A DNA stretch of 64,000 nucleotides from Betaproteobacteria bacterium. GTDB lineage: Bacteria > Pseudomonadota > Gammaproteobacteria > Burkholderiales > Eutrophovitaceae. Positions 27,648 to 36,067 of this stretch are shown here, piece after piece; the stretch's first letter is position 1, and each line of letters begins with the position of its first letter. The notes under the pieces are model-generated. The model saw only the letters and a list, made by a program, of their open reading frames with translations, was not told the DNA's origin and searched no databases. Both the position numbers and the translations under genes were made by a program. The stretch is taken from positions 2,950,302-3,014,301 of the forward strand of contig CP070775.1 of the NCBI GenBank assembly GCA_020346185.1, given 5' to 3'.

Positions 27648-28430
27648 ATGCGACTCAAGGACCGCGTGGCGATTGTCACCGGGGGCGCGCAGGGGATCGG
27701 CAAGGCGATCGGTACGGCTTTTATCGGCGAGGGGGCACGACTAGTTATTGGCGACGTGAATGGTGATCTGGCAGCGAAAACGGCGGCTGAACTCAATCAA
27801 GGAGGTCGCAAAGCCAGATCGATTCGCATTGATGTCGCCGAAACCACCGGGGGCCAGCAACTGGTCGATTTTTGTCTTTCCGAATTCGGCCGCGTCGACA
27901 TTCTTGTCAACAACGCCGGCATCGGTGCCAATGTACGCGCGCTCGAATGTACGTTGGAGCAGTGGGAACGGGTGATCCGCATCAACCTGACCGGTGCGTT
28001 TCTGTGTTCGCAGGCGGCCGGCCGGGAAATGGTCAAGCAGGGCTACGGCAAGATCATCAATATCTGTTCTCTGTCGGGGCAGCGCGGCGGCATCGGCCGC
28101 GCGCCCTATGGCGCGGCGAAAGCCGGTTTGGAACTGTTGACCAAAGTGATGGCGGTGGAGCTGGCGGAGCAGGGCGTCAATGTCAATGACATTGTCCCCG
28201 GTCCGATCGCCACGGATGTCGGCCGTGCCATGCATGACCCGGCGACGGTCGAAGCCTATGAATTCCTGGTGCCGCAAAGAAGATATGGCGTTCCGGAAGA
28301 GATCGCCAACGCCGCAGTGTTTCTGGCGTCAGCCGAGAGTGATTACGTCAACGGGCATTCATTAAGTGTAGATGGTGGATTTGGCTCGGCGGGGCTGATG
28401 TATCCTTTACCAAATTCACCCCATCGATAG
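27648..28430 (+). CDS. SDR-family oxidoreductase
   Basis: VAIVTGGAQGIGKAI, NNAG, S...YGAAK catalytic motif. GGGAGG SD. Confidence 0.9.
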   Translation: MRLKDRVAIVTGGAQGIGKAIGTAFIGEGARLVIGDVNGDLAAKTAAELNQGGRKARSIRIDVAETTGGQQLVDFCLSEFGRVDILVNNAGIGANVRALECTLEQWERVIRINLTGAFLCSQAAGREMVKQGYGKIINICSLSGQRGGIGRAPYGAAKAGLELLTKVMAVELAEQGVNVNDIVPGPIATDVGRAMHDPATVEAYEFLVPQRRYGVPEEIANAAVFLASAESDYVNGHSLSVDGGFGSAGLMYPLPNSPHR

Positions 28431-28462
28431 ACCCAGGCCATAAATAATTTCTCAACAGCCTG

Positions 28463-29221
28463 TTACATGGCCATGCCACCGTCGACGTTGTATACGTGCC
28501 CGGTGACAAACGACGCATCGTCCGAGGCAAGAAAAGCAATGACCGCAGCGGTCTCTTCCGGCCTGCCCGGGCGTCCGAGCGGTGTCATGGCCATCACCCG
28601 GTCCAGTGTTCCTTCGGGCAGCCGGTCGAGCTGGCGCTGGGCGAAGTCAGTCAGGGTGAGCGTCGGGGAGACCGCGTTGACGCGAATGCCGGACTTGGCA
28701 AATTCGCGCGCCAGCGCTTTGGTCAGCGCAATCAACGCACCCTTGGAAGTGGAGTAGGCCGCGGTACCGAGCAGGCCGCCGCCACGCTGTCCCGCCACCG
28801 AACTGACGTTGACGATACTGCCGCTTGCTTGCTGCAGCATTGTGGGTATGACCGCCTGACAACACAGCCACGCGCCGGTGGTATTGATGCGCATGACTCG
28901 CTCGAATTCCTGTATACCGATTTCCAGGAAGGGTTTGGAACTCTCGGTCCCGGCGTTGTTTACCAGGATATCGATGCGTCCCAGCTCATCGAGCGTCTTG
29001 GCGGCCATGTTGCCGACGCTGGCTTCATCGGCAATGTCCACTTCGACCGGCAGCGCGTCAACGCCTGCTGAGTGAAGTCGATTTGCCGTTGCTTCGGCTG
29101 CGTCTCCGCGAACGTCGGCAATAACCACGCGCATGCCCTTGTAAGCAAGGGCGTGCGCGGTGGCCTCACCAATGCCGCCAGCAGCCCCGGTGATGATTGC
29201 GACTTTCGATTCGCTAGTCAT
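28463..29221 (-). CDS. SDR-family oxidoreductase (convergent with 27648-28430)
   Basis: VAIITGAAGGIGEAT, NNAG, SS...YSTSK. Confidence 0.9.
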   Translation of the reverse strand: MTSESKVAIITGAAGGIGEATAHALAYKGMRVVIADVRGDAAEATANRLHSAGVDALPVEVDIADEASVGNMAAKTLDELGRIDILVNNAGTESSKPFLEIGIQEFERVMRINTTGAWLCCQAVIPTMLQQASGSIVNVSSVAGQRGGGLLGTAAYSTSKGALIALTKALAREFAKSGIRVNAVSPTLTLTDFAQRQLDRLPEGTLDRVMAMTPLGRPGRPEETAAVIAFLASDDASFVTGHVYNVDGGMAM

Positions 29222-29479
29222 GGTACCTGTCAGCCGCGTTTGCAGACGGTGAATGGGCTGGATTCCTCTTTTGCAAAGTTTGCCGTTTGGTCGACGGCAT
29301 TTACAGGGTCAGGCGATAACCAGCCGGGACCGTACCCGAGAATACCACCGTGATCTAAGAATGTTCGGGCTCGACAGAGCGAAAGTGTATGCTTGCCGCA
29401 CCCTTGTAGTGGTCTTCTTGTCAACCGGGCGAGAATCAGTGTAGGTTCGACCTGAACGGCAACGTACTTGGGAGATGGC

Positions 29480-31189
29480 ATGGACGCGAAGTTTTGGAAT
29501 TTTGGAGCAGTTATTCGGATCGCGACAATCAATGCGACGCTGGCCGTTTCAATTGTCTTCACCGGACCTTCGATAGCGGCCAACGAGATTGTCCACGACG
29601 CCGAGTATTACATTCTGCAGCAACAACACGGCAAAGCCTGGAGAGCCGAGGATAAAGCCATCGACCAGCGACTGGCCGACTTTCGCAAGAAGAACGGCGG
29701 CAAGCCGCCGAACGTTTTCTACATCCTGATCGATGATATTGGCTTCGGTGATCTCGGCAGCGACTCGCTCAATGCCATACGGGGTTACAAGACGCCGTCA
29801 ATCAACAAGTTCGCCCGCGAAGGCATGCGCCTGGCACGTATGTACACGGAGCCTTCCTGCACGCCGACGCGCGTGGCTTTTATGACAGGGCGCCAACCGC
29901 ACCGAAACGGCATGGGTAATACGTCGGTCGATATTTCCGGCTTCGGTCTCGCCGGCAAGGAAGTCACCCTGGCCGAGATACTCTCGGAAAAGGGCTACAA
30001 CACTGCGCATATCGGGAAGTGGCACATGGGTGATATCAGGGAGTCGTGGCCCAATTTCCAGGGTTTTGACTTCGCGGCCTTTCCGATCCATCAGCAAGGC
30101 CAGTTGACGATCTTCAATGACGAAGCGGCTAATGAAGAAGTCAGCGTTGGCATCGGCGGCAACAACTACGACGACCGCTACACCCTCGATGGATGGTTGC
30201 GCACCGATGCGTCGAGCATGGTGACGGGTGTGGAGGGCTACCGTAACAAACCCGTGCGAGAGGTGTACATGAAGCCCGGCGAGCGCTGGACCGAGGCCAA
30301 ATACGAAGCGATGAACCGGCGCTACCAGCAACAGACCTTGGAGCAGCTTCGCAAGCTGGCCAAGCAGGGTAAGCCCTTCTTCTTGCAGTATTGGCCTTTG
30401 TACCCGTTGACAGGACCCCGCACTGCCTATGAGGAATACACCACACCCAATGGCGGCACCTACGTGGAAAAGATGAAGCTTCTGGACCAGTGGATCGGTG
30501 AGTTGCTGGCCGAGATGGAGAAGTTGAATGTGGCCGATAACACGCTTGTCGTCATCATGGGTGACAACGGCCACTTCACCAAGTATTCGCCTCAATCCGG
30601 CTATACGCCGATGATCTTTCGCGGCGGTAAAGGGTCAACTACCGAAGGCGGCGTGCGCGTGGATGCGTTCGTGCGGTGGCCAGGCATGATCGAGTCCGAT
30701 ACCGTTGTCGGCGATATCATTCATGTGGCCGACCTGTTCACGACCATTGCCCGCCTCGGCGGTGCCACGGAAGGAATCCCGGGAGACCGCATCATCGACG
30801 GCATCGACCAGACCGCCTTGCTGCTCAAGGGTGACTCCCACGGTCGCCGCGATTACGTATTCATCTACAACATCGACAAACTGGAAGCAGTGGTCAAGGA
30901 GCAATACAAGCTGGCCATTCCCGGCGGCAATATCGACAACGCGATTCTCGCTGACTTCTATGACCTGTTCCGCGATCCGCGGGAAAGATATCCGGTCTCG
31001 ACGGAAATTGGCGCCTGGGGCGGCGCCAAATTCGTTCGCATGATCCAGCGTCACATGAAACGCAAAGCCAAGTACCCGAGCGAGGGCCCCGCAATTGGAA
31101 TGCCCTATGAAGGCATTGAAAACCTGCGCCCGGAATCGAAAGCTGCAGTCCGGGAATTTCTGTTCATGATGAAGTCACCTGAAATGTAG
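29480..31189 (+). CDS. Cys-type arylsulfatase family protein (exported)
   Basis: Signal-like N-terminus. PNVFYILIDDIGFGDLG, formylglycine motif CTPTRVAFMTGR, GKWHMGD. The track starts at TTG 29468; I prefer ATG 29480. Confidence 0.88.
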   Translation: MDAKFWNFGAVIRIATINATLAVSIVFTGPSIAANEIVHDAEYYILQQQHGKAWRAEDKAIDQRLADFRKKNGGKPPNVFYILIDDIGFGDLGSDSLNAIRGYKTPSINKFAREGMRLARMYTEPSCTPTRVAFMTGRQPHRNGMGNTSVDISGFGLAGKEVTLAEILSEKGYNTAHIGKWHMGDIRESWPNFQGFDFAAFPIHQQGQLTIFNDEAANEEVSVGIGGNNYDDRYTLDGWLRTDASSMVTGVEGYRNKPVREVYMKPGERWTEAKYEAMNRRYQQQTLEQLRKLAKQGKPFFLQYWPLYPLTGPRTAYEEYTTPNGGTYVEKMKLLDQWIGELLAEMEKLNVADNTLVVIMGDNGHFTKYSPQSGYTPMIFRGGKGSTTEGGVRVDAFVRWPGMIESDTVVGDIIHVADLFTTIARLGGATEGIPGDRIIDGIDQTALLLKGDSHGRRDYVFIYNIDKLEAVVKEQYKLAIPGGNIDNAILADFYDLFRDPRERYPVSTEIGAWGGAKFVRMIQRHMKRKAKYPSEGPAIGMPYEGIENLRPESKAAVREFLFMMKSPEM

Positions 31190-31472
31190 TGCCTTGGGTG
31201 ATAAGCTGTGAGCCGCGATCGAGGGCTTAGCGCGAGCCTGTTCGCCCTAAGTCGTTGGCGGAAAGAACATGAAAAGATGCCGATAGTTATCTGGCTTTGG
31301 CGAGAGAGGGCCAACTGGTCGTTGGTGGGTGTCTGGCTTTCTCCATGTCGCGTACGCAGCCCGATGCCAGCTTGCTGATAATTCGTTTGGCCCGCGAGGA
31401 CGTTGCATCACTTCTGTATCGGAAAAGATTCATTTGATGAAAACATACTGAGCGAACGAGGGGAACAAACTG

Positions 31473-32270
31473 ATGAAGAGATCGATGATTTTCGCGGGGG
31501 CAGTGTTTCTCACGCTGAGTATCAGTGACTTTGGCACGCAGACAACATGGGCCCAGAGCGAAACGAACCAAGACACCTGGCAGTTTGAAATTGCGCCCTA
31601 TCTGTTTGGCGCTGGCCTCGACGGGACGGTTGGACTAAGGGGTGTCGAGGCGGATATTGACGTCGGTTTTGACGAATTGCTGGAGCGGCTCAATAAAGGC
31701 TTCATGTTATTTGCGAGTGCGCGGAAAGGGCACTGGGTTTTTGCTTTTGACGGCATGTACACCGACTTCGAGGAGGAGCAAGTCAGATCCTGGCAAGGGC
31801 CGCTTGGAAATACCAGCACTGCGCAACTGAAGGCGGACATGACGCAGCAAGTGTATGCGCTCATGGCCGGTCGCAAGGTGGGGGGAGGACAGTCGAGTAG
31901 TCTCGATTTGCTGGGTGTGGCGCGTTACACCAGTCTCGAATCGGGTCTAAATCTGGCATTTACTTCGGACTCGTTGCTACCGGACGGGTCAAGATCGGTG
32001 AGCGGGAAATTCGACTGGTGGGATGCGGCAATCGGGCTCCGGTATTTGGTGCCGTTCGCACAGAAATGGGATTTCGTGGGTTATGCAGACCTCGGTGCTG
32101 GTGGATCGGACCTGACCTATCAGTTGCTAGCGGGCGTGAACTGGAGATTCAGCAGACACTTGGCCGCGAAGCTCGGCTACCGGTATTTGTATCAAGACTA
32201 CAAGAAAGACGACTTCAAGTGGGATATGGCCATGAATGGCGTATACCTTGGCTTGGGAATCAGGTTCTGA
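31473..32270 (+). CDS. Outer-membrane beta-barrel protein (hypothetical)
   Basis: Signal peptide MKRSMIFAGAVFLTLS..., alternating beta-strand pattern, and a C-terminal ...GLGIRF with terminal Phe. Confidence 0.7.
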   Translation: MKRSMIFAGAVFLTLSISDFGTQTTWAQSETNQDTWQFEIAPYLFGAGLDGTVGLRGVEADIDVGFDELLERLNKGFMLFASARKGHWVFAFDGMYTDFEEEQVRSWQGPLGNTSTAQLKADMTQQVYALMAGRKVGGGQSSSLDLLGVARYTSLESGLNLAFTSDSLLPDGSRSVSGKFDWWDAAIGLRYLVPFAQKWDFVGYADLGAGGSDLTYQLLAGVNWRFSRHLAAKLGYRYLYQDYKKDDFKWDMAMNGVYLGLGIRF

Positions 32271-32321
32271 TGGCGGGGGCAGGCTGATCGGCTGGTCAGA
32301 TCGGCCGCGCCGAGAGAGCAA

Positions 32322-32346
32322 GGCCCACTTTCGAGTGGGGTTTTTT
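32322..32346 (+). terminator. Rho-independent terminator after the OMP gene
   Basis: CCCACT-TTCG-AGTGGG stem-loop followed by G TTTTTT. Confidence 0.8.
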
Positions 32347-32557
32347 CATGATGCCATTGCCGCAAGTGAATCGGATCGTCTCGCCGCTGGTTATCACCCG
32401 GTCTCGCCAGCCCAGGCTTGGTCGCGCCGTGGTATCCAGCGTGAGTTTCGAGTCGAGGGTCCGTCTGCCCGGCTACAATTCGACCTCGAATGGCATTGGA
32501 TAAACGAGACACTGAGCTTGAAACCTGATCGATCCTGGAGGAGCGAGTAACCAGCAG

Positions 32558-33547
32558 GTGACAGTTACGACCAAGCCGGATGCGCGACTGATCAGCGTGC
32601 TGCACAGCGCCGGGCTCATTGGCGACGCAGCACAGGCTTCTTTTGAGGTCTTGACCGGCGGCGTGTCTTCCGGCATCTGGAAAGTCACCACGCCAACGCG
32701 TACATTCTGAGTCAAACGGGCCTTGCCGAAGCTGAAGGTCGCTGTCGACTGGCTGGCACCGGTGGAGCGCAATCGCTTCGAGGTGGCCTGGTACAGCATC
32801 GCGCATTCGATCGTGCCCGAGGCGGTGCCCGCGATCCTGTATCACGATGACAGCGAAATGCTGTGCGCCATGGCCTATATCGACCCGGCAGAGCATCGGC
32901 TGTGGAAGCTGCAACTGCGTGACGGTCGGGCGGAGCTGGCGGACGCCGCCGCGGTGGGCTCTCGCCTCGGGCGCATTCACGCTGCCACCGCGAACAACCC
33001 TGATGTTGCGGCGCAGTTTCCACCCAACGATAGTTTTCACGCCATCCGGCTCGAGCCTTACCTGGAAGCAACCGCTGCTACGCATCCCGACTTGCACGAA
33101 GCATTGTTCGAACTCAGCGAGCGAACCCGGCGATTGCAGATTGCCATGGTGTACGGCGATGTTAGCCCGAAGAAGATTCTGCTGGGCCCAAACGGGCCGG
33201 TGTTTCTCGACGCCGAGTGCGCCTGCATCGGCGATCCAGCGTTCGACGTGGCGTTTTGTCTCAACCACCTGTTACTGAAATCGTTGTGGAATCGCCCAGC
33301 GCAGGCCGCGTTCGGGGCGTGTTTTCAGGCGCTCACTGATGCCTATCTCGAGCAAGTGGAATGGGAGCCGCGCGAATCGCTCGAGACTCGCGCCGCCAGT
33401 TTGTTACCGGCATTGCTGTTGGCGCGGGTGGACGGCAAGTCGCCCGTGGAATACATCGAGACCGACACGCAACGCGAGCACGTGCGCCGCCGTGCCCGAC
33501 CTTTGATCAAGATACCGCCCAAACAACTGGTAGACGTATTTCCGTAA
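32558..33547 (+). pseudogene. MtnK/APH-like phosphotransferase, paralog of 40962-41984, interrupted by an in-frame TGA at 32708-32710
   Basis: The frame is open from 32522. GTG 32558 gives VTVTTKPDARLISVLHSAGLIGDAAQASFEVLTGGVSSGIWKVTTPTRTF*VKRALPKLKVAVDW..., continuous with track ORF 32723-33547 (VYGDVSPKKILLGPNGPVFLDAECACIGDPAFDVAFCLNHLL). The TGA sits where the paralog has Cys (RKVCVKFALSKLRV). Confidence 0.7.
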
Positions 33548-33606
33548 TAAGGAAAGCTTCTGATTTCGTGTCGGCTGTCCCGCTTTCGGTCTGCGGTTAA
33601 TGTTCG

Positions 33607-34557
33607 TCACACGACGCGGTGCACTAGGTCCTCTCCGCGCATGAAGGCCAGACTGTTTCTCACTGCAACGTCGACGCAGCGTGACAGCGTTTCATTGGTG
33701 AGCCACGCCACGTGAGGCGTCACAACGACATTGTCGAGTGATAGCAAGGGATTCTGCGGCGAAACCGGTTCCTGATCGAAGACATCCAGTCCGGCGGCAC
33801 ACAAATGACCGCTTTTCAGGGCGCCGTTCAATGCGCCCTCGTCAACAAGTTCACCTCGTGCTGTATTGACTAATATAGCGCTGGGTTTCATCAGTGCGAG
33901 CCGTGACCGGTTGATCAAATGGTGTGTTTCCGGTGTAGCAGGGACGTGCAACGTGACAATGTCTGACTGCTCAAGGAGCGCTTCGAGTGAGGCAAACTCA
34001 TACGGAACCGTTTTCGGCTTCCGGGCGTGATAGATTACCCGTGCGCCCATTACCTGAAGGATAGGTGCGAGTATCCCTGGAATTGCTCCGAAACCGACGA
34101 ACCCGACGGTGCGTCCACCGATCTCGCCAAGCGCATCCTTGGTCTCGGCATCGAGATACCAGGCGCCGTTTCTACACGCGCGATCCAGGACAGAGGATCT
34201 GCGCAGCGCCCCGAGCATCAGGAGCAGGGTCATTTCGGCGACCGCCTGGCTGTTGGTTCCAGGCATGTTGCATACAGCGATGTTACGCGCTTTGGCCGCT
34301 TCAAGGTCAATCGTGTTCACTCCGACCCCGAGCTTCTGGATCAACTTCAGGTTTGGCGCGCATTGGATGATTTCTGCCGTAACAGGTTGCAGCACGTGCC
34401 AGAGAATCTGCGCGTTTTGGATCTTGTCATGGAAGGGTGTATCGGCACCTTCGGGACAGCAGGTCACGACGAGGCCTTGCTCGCTTAATTGTTCGACGCG
34501 GCTGCGCAGTTGCTGGCCAGCAGCATAGTGAAACAGCACTTTCATAGGTTTACTCAT
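33607..34557 (-). CDS. D-isomer-specific 2-hydroxyacid dehydrogenase (glycerate/hydroxypyruvate/phosphoglycerate dehydrogenase-like)
   Basis: GRTVGFVGFGAIPGILAP NAD motif, NTARGELVDEGAL, TPHVAWLT catalytic His context. Start is ambiguous (34545, 34557 or 34590). Confidence 0.88.
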   Translation of the reverse strand: MSKPMKVLFHYAAGQQLRSRVEQLSEQGLVVTCCPEGADTPFHDKIQNAQILWHVLQPVTAEIIQCAPNLKLIQKLGVGVNTIDLEAAKARNIAVCNMPGTNSQAVAEMTLLLMLGALRRSSVLDRACRNGAWYLDAETKDALGEIGGRTVGFVGFGAIPGILAPILQVMGARVIYHARKPKTVPYEFASLEALLEQSDIVTLHVPATPETHHLINRSRLALMKPSAILVNTARGELVDEGALNGALKSGHLCAAGLDVFDQEPVSPQNPLLSLDNVVVTPHVAWLTNETLSRCVDVAVRNSLAFMRGEDLVHRVV

Positions 34558-34563
34558 GATATC

Positions 34564-34607
34564 CAATTGATTTGTTGTCTGATATATCAATTGACAGTCA
34601 GATATAT
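34564..34607. promoter_or_regulatory. Candidate operator: duplicated CAATTGA-N-GTCnGATATAT unit in the divergent promoter region
   Basis: CAATTGAtttgttGTCTGATATAT (34564-34587) is immediately followed by CAATTGAcaGTCAGATATAT (34588-34607). It lies between or overlapping the 5' ends of the dehydrogenase gene and GntR gene 34658. Confidence 0.3.
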
Positions 34608-34657
34608 GTTACATAGAATATGGCCTGTATCCAGCCGGGTGAATCAGCTGAATACGG

Positions 34658-35335
34658 ATGAATCACGTGTCTACGAATCCTATATCGCTTCAGCAATCGA
34701 TCGAGTCGAAATCGGAACAAGCGTACCGGATGCTGGAAGAAATGATCGTAACCATGGATCTCCAGCCCGGGGCGCTGTTATCCGAGTCGCGGCTGGTCGA
34801 AATGCTCGGCCTCGGACGCACGCCGATTCGGGAAGCCCTGCAGCGCCTGGCTACGGAGGGCCTGGTCGAAATCATGGCTCGTCGCGGCATTCGGGTTACC
34901 GACATCAACATCCGCCAGCAGTTGCGCCTGCTCGAAGTCAGGCGTGCACTCGAACAACTGAACATCCGCTTGTCGGCGCGTCGTGCCAACCACACCATTA
35001 AAGAGCAGTTTGCCCGTATCGCTGATGGTATGAGTGCGGCCGCACGTGACAACGACTACAAGTCGTTTCTTCATCTGGATAGAGACCTCAACGAATTGAT
35101 CGCGGTTGCCGCAGACAATGAATATTCAGCTCAGATGCTGCAGAAAATCCATGGCCTGTCACGACGGTTCTGGCACAAGCACTATCTGCAGGTGGATGAC
35201 CTCGCCGAGGTCGCCGGTTTGCATGCAGCGATTGCGCAAGCCATCGCTGATGGCGACGAAGAAGCTGCGGCAGCGGCATCGGTGGCACACATGGATTACA
35301 TCCAGTCCTTCACATTGTCGACCCTGGACCTGTAA
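34658..35335 (+). CDS. GntR-family (FadR/FCD) transcriptional regulator, first gene of the corrinoid methyltransferase operon
   Basis: SEQAYRMLEEMIVTMDLQPGALLSESRLVEMLGLGRTPIREALQRLATEGLV plus an FCD-like C-terminus. The stop lies 3 nt before the next ATG. Confidence 0.9.
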   Translation: MNHVSTNPISLQQSIESKSEQAYRMLEEMIVTMDLQPGALLSESRLVEMLGLGRTPIREALQRLATEGLVEIMARRGIRVTDINIRQQLRLLEVRRALEQLNIRLSARRANHTIKEQFARIADGMSAAARDNDYKSFLHLDRDLNELIAVAADNEYSAQMLQKIHGLSRRFWHKHYLQVDDLAEVAGLHAAIAQAIADGDEEAAAAASVAHMDYIQSFTLSTLDL

Positions 35336-35338
35336 GCA

Positions 35339-35974
35339 ATGAGTCACACGCCCTTTATCGGAAAACGCATTGAGCTGGTCTCAATGGATCCGCACTTTCA
35401 CGACATATCGATTGGATTGTACGAGCAGCAACATCAGGGTAAACCGGTGTATCTCGTGCACACCTACAGCCACAAAGAGGGCACCGAAAAGCGGATCAAT
35501 TTTGTGGTTGAAACAATGAAAACATTCGGGGGTCTCGAATCCGCCGACGACGGTTTGTTGCAGTTCCCGTGCGGCGAGCAGCACGCGTTGGCAATCAAAC
35601 GTGTTTTCCTTGATTCGTGCAAGGTCGCACCGCAAAGCAATGCCACGGCACATCCGCTACGAATCCACGACAAGAAATCGGGTTGTGACGTAACCGCCGA
35701 ATCTCTCGGTAACGGTGAGTACCGGTTGCAGACTGAAGGTGACCCGGGGGACGGCCCGCGCCGTATTGCCGCCATTGCCCGGGGGCTCGCCAAGCTGGGC
35801 GAGATGGAAACTTACGATGACCAAATTGACAAGGTGACTTTTGCCTGCGGGCAGTCACACGACGCTTTGATCGGTCTGCTGCTGATCCGTGCGCCCAATG
35901 TGCGGGCCGTCATGCGGGAGGTGGAGATGATGGCCGCGCGCGGCGTGCTTGCGGCACCCGGTGCTCAGCAATGA
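35339..35974 (+). CDS. Hypothetical protein with an internal tandem duplication and a repeated F-x-C-G-x-x-H-x-A-L motif
   Basis: 211 aa. RINFVVETMKTFGGLESADDGLLQFPCGEQHALAIKRVFL (aa 52-91) aligns with RIAAIARGLAKLGEMETYDDQIDKVTFACGQSHDALIGLLLI (aa 142-183). No family recognised. Confidence 0.6.
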   Translation: MSHTPFIGKRIELVSMDPHFHDISIGLYEQQHQGKPVYLVHTYSHKEGTEKRINFVVETMKTFGGLESADDGLLQFPCGEQHALAIKRVFLDSCKVAPQSNATAHPLRIHDKKSGCDVTAESLGNGEYRLQTEGDPGDGPRRIAAIARGLAKLGEMETYDDQIDKVTFACGQSHDALIGLLLIRAPNVRAVMREVEMMAARGVLAAPGAQQ

Positions 35975-36067
35975 GCGAAAAGAAACAAGCGCGCAGCAAT
36001 AAGTACGCAGCAACAAGACAGGCAGCGCCCGCAAACCGGAACGAAGAGACAGAAAAGGAGGCTAGAC

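Noticed and set aside
29798-30595. 265-aa minus-strand ORF inside sulfatase 1. Similar shadow ORFs occur at 46806-47594, 24668-25411, 7023-7766, 37114-37821 and 1844-2527.
   Set aside because: All lie opposite genes with unambiguous family motifs and have non-protein-like composition.
32708-32710. Selenocysteine recoding of the in-frame TGA at a Cys position.
   Set aside because: I see no convincing SECIS-like hairpin in the ~40 nt downstream, and this kinase fold is not a known selenoprotein family. A nonsense mutation or base-call error is far more likely. It is kept as a finding only because the position is so precise.
32198-33268. 356-aa minus-strand ORF, the longest unassigned ORF in the track.
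   Set aside because: It is antisense to the kinase paralog and the OMP 3' end. The translation is Arg-rich with no motifs, and it spans a strong plus-strand terminator. It is a shadow ORF.
35975-36067. Looked for a cobalamin riboswitch in front of the corrinoid methyltransferase genes (also upstream of 34658).
   Set aside because: The spacer is A-rich with no B12-box-like sequence or obvious multi-stem structure.
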